Below, piece by piece: positions 12,691 to 25,386 of a stretch of 64,000 nt of DNA. How positions within the stretch are numbered: the first letter of the stretch is position 1; each line of letters starts with the position of its first letter. The DNA is from Cyanophora paradoxa CCMP329. Its lineage: Eukaryota; Plantae; Glaucophyta. Under the pieces are notes generated by a model. That model was given only the letters and a program-made list of their open reading frames with translations. It was not told the DNA's origin and made no database searches. The position numbers and the translations under genes were made by a program. Where the stretch lies: assembly GCA_004431415.1 (NCBI GenBank), contig QPMI01000557.1:24313-88312 (forward strand), read 5' to 3'.

Positions 12691-15191
12691 ATGTCATTTC
12701 TAAAGAAGCTCGGACTCGGTTCCTCGCACGTGCGTCGTGCCGTATTAGCGGACGCCGCGCCTGCCCACGCTAATGTACGCAGCTTGAGGACCGCATCGAT
12801 TTATGCACGAGCGATATGCTCCTCGCACCGGACTGGCCGGCCAACCTGGAGGTTACTGACCTTATCAACGGCTCCGGTTCGATCTGTGATGTTGCAGGCA
12901 AGTGCGGGCGGGCGATGAGATCCCGCGGCCGGCAGAGAAAGGCCCGCGCGAGGCGATGAAGGCCCTGCGTAAGAAGATCCGCGACAGGAACCCCAAGGTT
13001 GCGGTCCTGGCGCTGACTGTGCGTACGCCGCCTCGTCGCCGCCGCCCTCGCTGAGCGTTGGGGCGCGAAGCTGGTGGAAACGTGCATGAAAAACTGCGGG
13101 GTGCGCGTGGCGGGGCAGGGGCGGGCGGGGGGCGGCGGCTGACTGGCCGGCAGACGCGGTTCCACGTGCAGATCGCGGACGAAGAGTTCATGGAGGAGCT
13201 GGTGAAGGTGGCGACGGGGCGGCGCGGCGGCGAGGCGGAGGAGAAGGCGCTGCAGCTCGTGCGCGCCTGGGGCGAGGCCTTCAGGGAGCGGCGCGAGGAC
13301 CCCGTCCTTGGCGCATTCTACCGCGCCTACGCCGAGATGCGCTCCCGCGGGATCACCTTCCCCCCCGCGGAGGGCGACGCAATGGCCGTCCCGCGCCGCT
13401 CGCAACGCGCCGAGATGGACCTCACCGCCGGCGAAGCGGCCGCCATCCGCGTGGCCGGCGGCGGCGCCCCCGCTGCAACCGACGACTTCATGGACGAGCT
13501 CGACGACTGGCGCTCCAACTCGCCGACCCGCCGCGGCCGCGCCGCCCGCTCCTCCCGCTCCGTTCGCACCGCCGGCTACTCCGAGGCGCGCCCCGCCGCC
13601 GCGCCGCGGGGGCGAGGGTCGCCGACGCGGGCGGGGCAGGCGCCGCAGCGCTCGGAGGCCGTCTCGGATGCTGCGTACGCCGAGTACCTGGGGCGCTCCG
13701 GCTCGGCCGCCCCGCGCCGCTCCGCCGCACCCGCGCCCCGCCCGCAGCCGGCGGCGGCGGCGCGCGCGCAGGCGGCGCCCGTGCTCGAGGTCAACCGGCA
13801 GAAGCTGGAGGGGGACCTGGAGGCGCGCGGGGCGCGGGGCCGGGGCGGGGGCGGCGCTGAGGGGGGCCCCAGGTGGTGCGCACCAACTGCGAGCTGCTCT
13901 CCGAGATCGTCGCGGCGTGCGACCCGCAGCGGGAGCTCATCACCGAGAACCCCATCGCCAACGAGCTCCACGCACGCCCCGCGCCCCGCCAGCCCCTCGC
14001 CCCTCGCTGACCCCGGCGCAGGAGTCGTGCACGGCCATGTCCATGCGCGTCATGGTGCGCCGCCGCCTCCGTCACGTGCGCCGGCGCCGGGGCCGACGGG
14101 CGCGCAGGAGCTGCTGGAGGAGCTCAGCGGGCAGCCCGACATGGACGAAGTCCTCCTCGCGCAGGCGCTGCTCCGCCCGCCCGCGCCGCCCCGCGCCGGC
14201 CTGACAGCCGCGCAGCTGCTCGCCGTGAACGACGACCTTCAACGCGTCTTTACCGCATACGAAAACGTGCGCCTGCGCCGCCGTCGGCGGCACGGCCGCG
14301 CTGAAAACGAGGGCCGGCGCAGGCGCGCGTGGAGGGGATGCAGCGGCAGCAGGCCCCGCAGCAGGCGGCGCAACAGCGCAGCTCCCGCTCCGCCGACGCG
14401 CCCCTCATCGACCTCCAAGGGCCCGACTCTGTCAGCGTGAGCCACCTGCGCCCTGCACGACTCCTCTCTAGCACCGACCGGCGGCCCCCGGCACCTTGCA
14501 GGCCAGCTTGGCTGCGATGAACCTGCAGGGCCGCCCCCCCGCCGCGTACACGACGCCGGCGCTGGCGGTGCGTGGGACGCCGCGGGGCGGGCGGGGCAGG
14601 GGAAGGGGCCGAGGCCGGGGCGCAGGACGAGGAGGAGGAGGCGCCCCTGCGGGGAAGACCACCCTCGCACTCGCCCGCGGCCATCCCGCCCCCGCCTCCG
14701 CCCCAAGGTCCCCCCGCCCCCGCCACCGCCACCGCGCCAGCCACGGCCCATGAACCGGCGCGCAGCGTTCCTCGCCGACGCCGACGGCTTCGCGCCGCAC
14801 CTGGCGGCACCGGCGCCGGGCGTGCGCCCCGCCACGCAGGAGGGCTGGGACTTCTCCGCGCCAGCTCCCGCCGCCGCCAGCGACTTCGGGGGCAACCCGT
14901 TCGCCGGGCCCCCGCCGCCTCCCGGGACAGAGCCGGTCAACGTCGACGGTGCGCTCGCCGCCGCCCCAAGGGAGGCGCGCGCGGCCGACGCCGGGCTCAG
15001 ACTTCGACGCCTTCCTCAACGCAAGCCGGACGTCGAACGCTCCGCTGCCAGGCGCCACGACTGTCGACGTGCCTGCCTTTCACCCGCAGGCCGCTGCTCC
15101 TTGATCCTCACCCCCTTTGCAGCGGGCGGACATGGAGGAGTTCGACAGGTTCCTCGCCGGCAACGCGGTCCCGCAGACGCACACCCGCTGA
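12691..15191 (+). CDS. TOM1-like VHS/GAT domain endosomal sorting protein, multi-exon
   Basis: VHS: TSDMLLAPDWPANLEVTDLING, AMKALRKKIRDRNPKVAVLALTLVETCMKNCG, EKALQLVRAWGEAF. GAT: LLAVNDDLQRVFTAYE. NPF motif and C-terminal EEFDRFLA. Confidence 0.85.
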
Positions 15192-15380
15192 CCGCGGAGA
15201 CCTCGTCAGCGACAGTCGTCCTCCTCCGAGTTGATGAGCGAGCGCAGACCTGATATATATCCATCTTGCATTTGTGTTCTAGTTATTCAGGCGTGCACGA
15301 TCACTCTTTGCTTCCTAGGTTTCAAGGCTTATGGCTTTCGTCACTATTCTGAGCCGTTGAAACACAGCCTAGGCCGATGG

Positions 15381-17610
15381 CTCGCAGGGACATGCGTATG
15401 GCGGCAATGGCCATGGGTCCTCGCCCGCCAACGTTTGGCTTCGACGAGCTAGAGCGAGAGATGCGGGGGCACGCCAGGGTCAGAATTGACAGCGAGTGGT
15501 CTCTCGCACACGGAAAGTCCGTTTCGGAGCCCGACCTGGGCCGTCGCATGCGAACCGTGCGAGATCAAATTCTCGTAGGCAGTGACCGGATTCTGACGGA
15601 AACGACGCCGCCCAGGTTCGCAGTGCTTCGCAACGAAGTGCATACTGCAAAGTGCAAAGAGCAAGTTTGTGGTGTCGACGTCCATCATGGCATGGACCGT
15701 CGGCGCTGGACCGTCGGAGCCTCGGAGCGCTCGCGGCCGCCCGCGCAGTGCTAGCGCGGCCGGGCTCCGGTTGCCCGGCAGCTGCAGTGCAATTGCAATC
15801 ACGTCTTCTTTAGACGGCTTGAAGCGCCCAAATAAACCCATTCGGGCCCCACAGAAGGGCGGGGCGACCTGCGCTTTCTTCAGCGGTCTGGGGGGATACC
15901 CTTGCGACTTGCAGCTCTGAGACAATCGGGAGCAGGCAGCGCGTCTCCCCTTCGACAGAACGAAGCACCAGCAACTCGGTTCAAGAGCTGGCTGCCGCGC
16001 GCCCGGGAGGCGCGCACGACGGTGAGGCCGAAGTCTCGCTGCCATCCTTCCTTTGACGGCGGCACCCAGTCGCGCGGCTCATACATCGCTGCACGCTGCA
16101 GGAGTTCCGCGTGAATCAGGGTGCAATGGCCTCGGAAGCTCCCCCTTGCGACCCCGCGCGCGCCAGCTGCGATGTGAAGCGGCATCATCCACCATACGAA
16201 CAGCGCGCGTTCGTTCATTGAAGAGGTATTCTCGTCGATGCTTGCCTTCGTTTGTGACGAAGCCCGCGACTCGCCCAGCCGGCGTGGAGAACGTGAAGTC
16301 ATGATCAGTATCCGCGCCTCGACTGACGCCCTCAGCTCCGGGCTCTTCTGCAAGCCGTTCGGGGCTGTTTTACAGCTCTGTCGTTCATTCTGCGCCTCGG
16401 CAATGTGACGGACCATTCAACCCGCTCAACCGCCGCCATCAACCGCCAGCTTCGCGAGCTACTCCTACAAGTGTCTTGAGCTTCAGCGAGCACAGCATAC
16501 AATCGTGGGCGTGGAACCGCCTGCTTCGTGGAGCTGCGTCGCTTGGAGGAGCATGTGCGTCGTGTTTCTCCGCCATGCGCCTCATGGGTTGATGACCTGG
16601 GCTGCAGAATCGCCTTTGTAAAGACTTTCACGCTTATGTAGCTTCCAATCCCTCGATGCGCACGTCCCCAACCGCTGAGACTCGAACAGCAGGGCAGGCG
16701 CGTCCGACGTTTTTCGAGCTCTTCATCAGGAACAAGCTTCGGCTGGACATTGCAGGCGTCTCGAATGATGTTGTCTATGTCGTGGACTAGTTTAAGAGCC
16801 TAGGTGTCTCGCAGGGACATGGGTCTTCGCCCGCCAACGTTTGGGGCTTCGACGAGCTAGCGCGAGAGATGCGGGGGCACGCCAGGGTCAGAATTGGCAG
16901 CGAGTGGTCTCTCGCACACGGAAAGTCCGTTTCGGAGCCCGACCTGGGCCGTCGCATGCGAACCGTGCGAGATCAAATTCTCGTAGGCAGTGACCGGATT
17001 CTGACGGAAACGACGCCGCCCAGGTTCGCAGTGCTTCGCAACGAAGTACGTACTGAAGAGAGCCACGTTGGTGGTGTCCATGGACCGCTCGCGGCTCCGG
17101 TTGGGGCGCCCTGCGGCCGTGTGATGATCACGTTCCGAGGCTCGCATCTCTCTAGACGGGTCGGATTCAGGCTGCCGCTCCAGTTGTAGCGCTAAGAACG
17201 CTCAAATAAACCTATACGGGCGCCACACAAGGGCGGGGCGGGATCCGCGCGCTTTCTTCAGCGACCTGGGGGGATACCCTTGCGGCTTTGCAGCTCTGAG
17301 GCAGTCGGGAGCAGGCAGCGCGTCTCCCCTTCGACAGAACGAAGCACCAGCAACTCGGTTCAAGAGCTGGCTGCCGCGCGCCCGGGAGGCGCACACGACG
17401 GTGAGGCCGGAGTCTCGCTGCCATCCTTCCTTTGACGGCGGCACCCAGTCGCGCGGCTCATACATCGCTGCACGCTGCAGGAGTTCCGCGTGAATCGGGG
17501 CGCGATGGCCTCGGAAGCCCCCCCTGACCGCAGCGTGAGCGTGATTTACACCAGCGGCCAGCCCCCCGCCGCGGTCAAGGATCCGTCGTATGAACAGCGC
17601 GCGTTCGACG
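15381..17610. repeat. Imperfect tandem segmental duplication (~1.4-kb period)
   Basis: Blocks ~15414-15648 and ~16821-17058, and ~15871-16140 and ~17249-17520, are near-identical; spacers between blocks are diverged. Confidence 0.9.
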
Positions 17611-17693
17611 CTGATCGAAGGTGAATTGCTTGGGGCGCTTTCGGTCGCTGGGGGGCTCGCCCTATGATCGCCCATTAGGCGGATCGCGACTCG

Positions 17694-20600
17694 TTGAACC
17701 TGTCCACTCTCACCACGCGTCTGAGGCCGGCGCGCAGGACGGAACAGCATCAACACACTCTCGAGAGGGCAAGGGACTCCACGGTGGACCACCCCCTTCG
17801 ACCTGGCGTTGCGATTGCGGGCAGCGAGGAGGCCGTCTCCGAATCCCCCCGAAGCTCCTCACTGGAGACGTTTGTGAAGTTCATCGTCCCATCAGAACTC
17901 GAAAGCAGCGCCTCTCGTGCCCCGCCGTCGGAGATCGAATCTTCGGATGTGCCCAGCCCAACCAGCACCGACAGCAGCCGCCGGCTTCTTGGATGCGACA
18001 TCTGTGGACGGGAATGTCTCACCACGCAAGCCCTCATCTCGCATCGCAAGAGTTGCGAACAACGTCTCGGCACTTCGGGCATTTCCGGCCAAGCAAACAC
18101 GACGTGCCCACCGTTCGGGGCGACGAAGGTCAAACCGGCGCGGGCTCAGGCGACGGCTAGTGATGGCGCTTCTGCGGCGGAGCAGTGCGCGGCCACGGAA
18201 GAGGATGGCGACGGCGCGCAGCGCCGGCTAGACGGCGACGAGGCGCTCGAGGGCTCCGAGTGCGGCGCTCACGAGTTCGAAGCTGTCGGCGAGAACTCGC
18301 TGGGCTCGTCGGCGGACGCAGCGCTCCCTTTCGTGTGCCAGCGCTGCGGCAAGGCTTTCACGACGATCTTCGGTCTCGGGCGCCACAACGGCTGGTGCCC
18401 TCTTCGCCCCGGCGTCGCCCCAGGCGCCGCCTTGAACGCGCTGCCTCCGCCCGGACCGGCGGTGGCGGCGACGGGGCCGGCGGTACTTGCAGGGACGAAG
18501 AAGCCGAAGAAGGGGCGCTGGTCAAAGGAGGCGTCGCCGACGTCGGCGAGCCTCCCGCCGCCCTCCCCGAGCGCCGTGCCGTCCTCGGCGCTGCCCCCTC
18601 CGATGATCACCCCCGGCGTCCCCCCGGCGGCCTCGGCGGGGAGCCCGCGCGGGGGCCCCCTCGTGCCTCCCAACCTGGCCCCGGAGCTCATCGCCGCCAT
18701 CTCCCGCGCCGGGCCGGCCGTCCGCTGCGACGCCTGCGGCAAGGTCTTCGGTAGCGCCCAGGTGCCTTCCCCGCCGGCGCCGGGCCGGGATGGGGCGCTG
18801 AGGGGGCGGCAGGGCCTGGGGCAGCACCGGCGGCACTGCGCGGGGACGAGCCCCGTGCAGCGCGGGCGCAAGGGGAGCGAGGGGGAGGAGGAGTCGGCGC
18901 TCTCGCCAAAGCCGGAGCCCGGCCGCGACGAAGCGCACGGCGAGGCCGCGGACGCCGCCCGCTGCCCCCACTGCCGCAAGCGCTTCGGCAGCAGCGGCAG
19001 CCTCCGCCGCCACCTCAGCCGCTGCCCTCGCCTGCGTGCCGAGGGCGCCGGCGGGAGCGAGGGGGAGCAGAGCGAGGCGGAGAGCATGGAGGCGCCGCTC
19101 GACGTGCCCGAGCCGCCCGTGCGCCCGCCCCGCCGACAGCGCCCCGCCCCGCCGCCCCGCCCGAGCCGCCGCCAGATCAAGGAGGAGGCCTCTGCCGACG
19201 AGGCCGGCCCCGGCGGGGAGGCCCTCGCCTCCTCGCCCACGGGCCGGGAGGCGGCGCGGGAGCGGGCACGGGGGCGCCGCAGCGGTTTCGCGTGCGCGGT
19301 GTGCGGGCGGACGCTGATGACGCGCTCCGGCCTCGTCATCCACGAGCGCCACTGCAAGGGCCCCGCCGACGAGCCGGCCGACGAGCCCGGCCCCGCCCCG
19401 TCACCCTCTCGCCGCGGGCCCCTCCCACCCCCTCCGAGGCGCCGGCGCCGGTCGAAGGCGGGGCGGGCGGCGGGTGGAACTGCGAGGCGTGCGGGCAGGT
19501 GCGGGGCGGGGCGGGCGGGGCGGGCGGGGCGGGGCAGGGCACCGACGGGGCGCAGGTCTTCCGCACGGAGCTCGACTTCGGGAACCACCGCCACTGGTCC
19601 GCCCCGGGCGCGCCTCACGCGCGACCGCCCCTGACGGCGCCCCCCCAGGTGCACCGGGCCCTTCGACGCCCGCGCTTCGTCCGGCAGCGCGGCGACAAGC
19701 AGGCCGCGTCGCCGCCTGCGGAGGCGCGTGCCTCGGAGGCGACGAGTGCGCGGGGCGGGTGCGAGGGCCGGGGCGGCGCTGACGGCCCAGCAGCGCCGAC
19801 GGAGCGCGAGAGCGAGCGCTCGGCCGGCACCCGCTCCCTCACCTGCTCACGCTGCAAGAAGACCCTCATCTCCGTCCAGGTGCCCCGCCCCTCCCCGCTG
19901 CCCCAGCCAGCGCCGAGCGGGGCGCGCAGGGCCTCGTCATCCACGTCAAGTTCTGCAAGGGCGGAGAGGCGGCCGCGGCGCCCCCGCCGCGCCGCAGGGT
20001 GCGCAACCAGAAGCAGCAGCAGGCGCGGGAGGGCGGGTCGGAGGACGGGGCGAGCAGCGGGGGCTCGGGGGACGAGACGCCGGCGGCGGCAACAGGGAGC
20101 TGGCAGCGGGCCGCCTCGCGCCCCTCGGCCCTCTCGCCGCGCGACGCCGCCGACGCCGACGCGGAGGAGCCGCTGCACGGCTCCCCGCCGGGCTCGCCGT
20201 CGGCGGGGGCGGGCCTGCGGAGCCCCTTCTCGTGCGTGCGGTGCGGGAAGACGTTCGGCAGCGCGCAAGGCCTGGGCGGGCACCGCAGCTACTGCAACGC
20301 CACCAAGGCCAAGGGCGCCGGCCGCCCGGGCCCCGCCCCGCCCGCGACGACGAGGAGCTCCCGGGCGGGCCCTCTCCGCGCGCCGCCTCGCCCGCGGAGG
20401 GGCGGGGCAGGAGCCGCCGGCGCGGCGCGGCGCGAAGCGCACGCGGGCGGCCCTGGAGGAGAGCCTCGATGAGGGCCGCCTCGGCGGCCCGCCGACCCGA
20501 GGAGGCCGCCCCGCGCCGCCCACGCCGCCCGGACCCCATCTCCCTCCACTCCCCCGCGCCGCAGCGCCGGAGACGCCCTCGCCGACCGGGGCGCGGCGCG

Positions 20601-21232
20601 AGGCGTCGGGAAGGCGGCGTGCGCTGGAGAGCCCGGCGGGGCGGCGGGGAAGCGGGGCGGCGGGTGGGGCGGCGGGCGGCTCGGGGGACGCAGACGGGGT
20701 GGAGGAGCTGGAGGGGCGGGGAGCGGGGAGGAGGGACACGAGGGGGAGGCCCACGGCGCCGCCCTCGCCCTCTTCAACGTCTCCGCCGCCCCTCGCCCGT
20801 CGGGCCCGGCCCCGCCTCGCCGCGCCCCGAGCCGGGCCCCGGGGGCGCCCCGCGGCGGCTCGAGGCCGACAGCGAGGTCGCCGGCCTCCTCCTCTTCCTC
20901 GTGCGCCCCGCCCCGCCCCGCCCCGCCCCGCCCCGCCCCGCCCCGCTCACCCGCCCGCAGAACGCCGCCCCGTCGCCGCAGGGCTCGGGGGGCCGGCGGC
21001 CTGGGGCCCGGGCCCACTCACCGTCGCCAAGCCAGGCGAGTGTGCCGCCGCGGCGCGCCCCGCAGAGGGGCCTCTGGTGCGCTGCCCGCGCCGCCCGCGC
21101 GGACCCTCCGCTCACTCCCGGCAGGAGGCGAGCCCCGCGCCGCCCCCGAAGCAGCCCGTCTCCCTCCGTATGGTGCCCGCCCCCGCTCGCTCGCTCCCGC
21201 CCGCCCTCACCCCGCACCCGCAGGACCCCTAA
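17694..21232 (+). CDS. Multi-zinc-finger protein with about eight dispersed CxxC...HxxxC (C2HC) fingers; start codon uncertain
   Basis: CDICGRECLTTQALISHRKSC, CQRCGKAFTTIFGLGRHNGWC, CDACGKVFGSAQ|GLGQHRRHC, CPHCRKRFGSSGSLRRHLSRC, CAVCGRTLMTRSGLVIHERHC, CSRCKKTLISVQ|GLVIHVKFC, CVRCGKTFGSAQGLGGHRSYC. Confidence 0.75.
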
Positions 21233-22205
21233 ACAACATAATTCGCAGCTTTTTCCCTTTTTTCCGTGTCGTGAGTGTTATTGATGATGAGCAGCCTCCG
21301 TCTTTTTCTGTAGACAATCAGCACGCAGCCCTTCATCTTTTTACTCCTTTTTTTGCCTGCACATGTACGATTCAGGGCGAGATGCCACAGACAAATCAAA
21401 GATCGAGCGCGCCGGCGCTCTTCGCGCCCTCCCGCAGAGGCAAAACGACAGAGGCAGACGGGCGGGGCTCTTCGGTGCTGGGCGGGGCGGTGGAAGGCTA
21501 GCTATCTAGCTAGCGCGAGCGGCGAGGGACTCGGAGGCGGTGGAGCGGTGCGCGACCGGCACGGGAAGGGAGGCGCCTCGAGACCTGGCGGCTGAGCGGG
21601 GCTGAGGCAGCCAGCGCCAGCCCGGCCGCCGAACGCTTCAAGATCCGATCCGATGATCGCAAGCCTCGGACCTGGGAGCTCAACTTGCAAGGCCGCGGCC
21701 GCCGCGCCGCGCGGGCGGGTTGCCGGCCCGGCGCCGGCCCGGGGCGGACGGCGGGGTTCCGAGGCTCAGATCCGATGATCATCACCGTGGCACACCGACC
21801 GTCGGACGTCGAATTCGAATTCGAAACCGTTGAACCGCCGGCCGGCCGGCGCCCAGCCGGCGCCGCGGCCGCCGCGGCGCGACCCGTGATCTTGACGGGC
21901 CGTCGGACACACTGCATGGGCACATGCGAGGGATCCGAATCCGATGATCATCGGATCCCAAGATTTCTCACGGATCAGATCTAGACTCAGTAGTAGAGTT
22001 GCATGTGGCTTCCCGGAAGTTCCAGGCCCCGAGGTGCATGTGATTTCTCACAAATTCCTCAGTTTGTTCCCGCGCGCAGTCCCGGACTATCACGTGTGCC
22101 TGCTTGCGCGCCCCTCCTGCTGTTCCCCCGCTGCACCCCCTTGGGCGCGGAGGGCAATGCGGGAGAGACGGGTGTGGAGCGCATTGGGTGCAGGAAGGCG
22201 CGGTC

Positions 22206-23573
22206 CTAGAGCTCGAAGACCTCCTGGGCGGGGTCCATGTCTGCGCCGCGTCAGGTGGCGCCGGGGGGCGGGGGGGGGGGGGGGGGGGGCGCTCACTGAA
22301 GTTGGCGGAGAGCTGGGGGATCTGCTCGAAGCCCTTCTGCTTCATGAAGTCCCGCAACGAAGAGACGATGTTCGCGTGCGGCTGCGCCTTGCCAGCCGCC
22401 ACCGCGCAGTCGATCGTCATCTGCCCGCCCGCCCCGTCGCCGGCGAGCCCCGCCCGCCCCGCGGGGACTCCCGCACGCGCGGGCGGGCACCTTGAACGCG
22501 TACGTCATCGCTGCCTCGCCGAGTCAGGACCCTGCACTGGCGAGAGGAAAGACAGCACGTACCGCCGGCTGCCTTGCCACCGAAGTGGGCGTCGGCGGAG
22601 CCTGCGGGAGGAATCAGGGGGCGGGGGGAGGGGGGGGGGCCGGCTCACACTGCTCGTCGAGACAGCCCGAGTAGAGGATGACCTTGGGGCGGTCGCCCGG
22701 GCCGGCCCGCGTGCCATACCCGGCGGCGGCGCTGTCCATCTGGGCGGGGGTGCACGTCGGCTGCCGGGCGGGCGGGGCGGGCGGGGGGCGGGGACCTGGA
22801 GCTGGACGTCTCCCATGGCGACCGCCCGGCCCGCCCCCGCGTGCTGCCGCCCCGTCACCCCCCGCCCCGCCCCGGCCCCCCCCCGGCCCCACGCACGGGG
22901 ATCTTGTTCAGGTCCGCCGGACCGCCCAGACTGCTCATCTTGCTGACGAGGCCGCCTAGCATGCCCCCGGCGCCCCCGCCGCCCCCGCCCAGCATCCCCA
23001 TCACGCTCTGCACGGGGCTCGCCTGGGGGGCCCCGCCGGGGGCGCCCCCCATGGCCCCCATGAAGCGCTGCGCCCCCCGCGGCTCAGGGGCGGGGGAGGG
23101 GGGCGGGGCCGGCGGGGCGGGCGCCTGGGCCATGCCGCCGAAGCTGCCACCGAGGTTGTTGGCCATCTGCGGGCCCCTCGGCGGGGGCGAGGGCGGGGAC
23201 GGGGCGGAGCGGAGCGAGCGGGCGCACCATGTGCGCGACCTGCGACATGATGATCGCCTGCAGGTTCGGCCCGCCCCCGGGCTGCATCAGGCCCCCTGCC
23301 GCCCCCTCAGCCCCCGCCCTGCCGCCCGGCACGCTGACCCCAGTCGGGCCCCGCACCGAGCATGCCCATCATGCCGCCGGCGCCCTGCATGCCCCCCATG
23401 CCGCCGGGGGCGGCGAGGGCGGCCGGCGGTTTGGGTCCGCTGCTTTTGCTGCTGCAGCAGGAGAGGATCATGGCGAGGATGCCTGCCGGGGCAAGCGAGT
23501 CAGAGCAAGCGAGTCAGACGAGGGAGGACGCTCCAGGGGCCGCCTCTGGAGAGCACGCCCGCACCCCCGTTGC

Positions 23574-23630
<57 letters not shown>

Positions 23631-24147
23631 TCATGGCAGGGGCCGGGGCGCCGCCCCCACCGAAGTTCATGTTTGCCTGCGGGGGGTGAGGGGAGCGGGG
23701 GCGGGGTGGGGTGGGGCGGGGCGGGGCGGCGGGGGCACCATGGGGTCGCTGAGGGTGTTGGAGACGGCCTGCGAGAAGCCCGAGCTCGGCTTGATCCTGC
23801 ACGCCCCTCAGCGCCCCCCGCACCCCCGGCGCCGCCTCGCGCACGTGAACTCTGCCCGCCCCGGTCCTCCCCGTCGGCGGCCGCCAGGCGGGGGCGGGGG
23901 CGGGGGCGGGCGGGGGCGGGGCGCACCGAGGTCCATGCCGGAGCCGGAGTGGCAGCTGCGGGCCGGTGGCGGTGAGGCGGGTGGCGGCGGCGGGAGGCCC
24001 TCGGCGGCGGGCCCGGCACCAGTCAAGGACGACGGTGACGAGCACGCCCGCCGGCACCGCCTGCACCAGCAGCCGGCTGCGCCCCGCCCCGTCACCTCCG
24101 CCCCGCCCCGGTCGCCTTAATCGGGTCCCCCTCCCACCCCCCCCCCC

Positions 24148-24180
<33 letters not shown>

Positions 24181-25185
24181 CCCACCCCAACCCTCAACCC
24201 CTCACCCCGCCCCATCCTCCCCCTCCCCGCCCCCCCGCACTTGCTGCGTACGCAGGGGTGAGCGTGACGAAACAGCAGTGGGGCACCGGGCGATGCCGCA
24301 CAGTTCGTCGTCGAGAATAACGCCGGCCGTCTGCGCGCACCCACACGCCCCTCTCAACGTCCGGCGGGGCAGCCGGCAAGGCGCGGCGGCACCTTGCAGT
24401 CGAGCGGGCAGATGCACTTGGGTACGAGCAGTCAGCAGGTGCCGCAGGCGCTCTCGCGTTGGCAGCTCGCAGCCAACGCACCTCGTCCTGCCTGCAGGCG
24501 GCGTCAGGGGAGGCGGGGCGGGAGCCGCGGGCGGCGCGCACGAGTCCTTCTCGTCGCCGGTGCGGTCGGCCACCTGGCTGCCGTGCCCGGAGAACTGCGC
24601 CCCAGCTCGCCCACGCCGGCCAGCCCCGCTGGCGGGGGCCGCAGCGCCGCACCTGGAAGAAGAGTCTGTCTCCCGGACGAGCGCCTTGCACGAGCCACTG
24701 CAGCCCTGCGCCTCCGCTCAGCGCCCCCGCAGCGCTTGTCCGCTGAATGTTTACCGTTCAGAATGTTCTGCTTCGTGGGCTGCCCTTGGGGCCCGCGGCT
24801 CGGCTCCTCGACGACCTGCGAGGGCGCCGATCGGTGCCGCTCCGCGAGTGCAGCGAGCACCGATTTCCGCGCCATCATAACGTTGGACTCAGGGTAGCCG
24901 AAGTGAGTTGTGATCAGCTGCTTCCTACGCGCGAACGTCAACCAGTTCTTCCCGCCGTTCAAGCTCGTGCGCACCAGGTGTAGCTGTCGTTGACCTACGA
25001 AAAACCTTTTAAAAAGCTGAATTCGAAAATTCAATCTTGTTAAACGCACGCATCCTGAGAGCTTCCCGGACGTCCACGTTTCGTAGTTGATTCCAACTGG
25101 GAAATGTGAGAACTTCGCGGCGTCTTTCGCATGTATTCGCTTCTATTGCACTTTCCAGCTGACCGATAAGCGCTTTCTTGGACAT
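22206..25185 (-). CDS. Metacaspase (peptidase C14B) with no prodomain and a long Q/G/P/M-rich interdomain linker
   Basis: Spliced MSKKALI|VGINYETWTSGKLSGC; GDRLFFQ|FSGHGSQV (catalytic His); VVLD|CCHSGSGMDL (catalytic Cys); p10 VILYSGCLDEQ...ADAHFGGKAAG|AMTYAF...KGFEQIPQLSANF; stop at 22206. Confidence 0.88.
23575..23628 (-). repeat. (CAG)18 microsatellite encoding polyQ in the metacaspase linker
   Basis: 18 perfect ctg units on the + strand. Confidence 0.9.
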
Positions 25186-25386
25186 TTTTGAAGAGAAAGG
25201 CGTGCGTTACGCGGGTTCTCAATTAGATCGAGGGCCGGATCGGATAATCTTGCTCGCGGGGCGCTCCTCGTTGCCGGGCGGCTCGTTTGCGGCAGGACGG
25301 ACGATTCGCCTGGCGTTGCACTGAGTGACGCGTACCCGTCGCGCTTTTTTTCGCGGCTTAGCTCCTGCCGGCTTGGCCTTCTTGGC

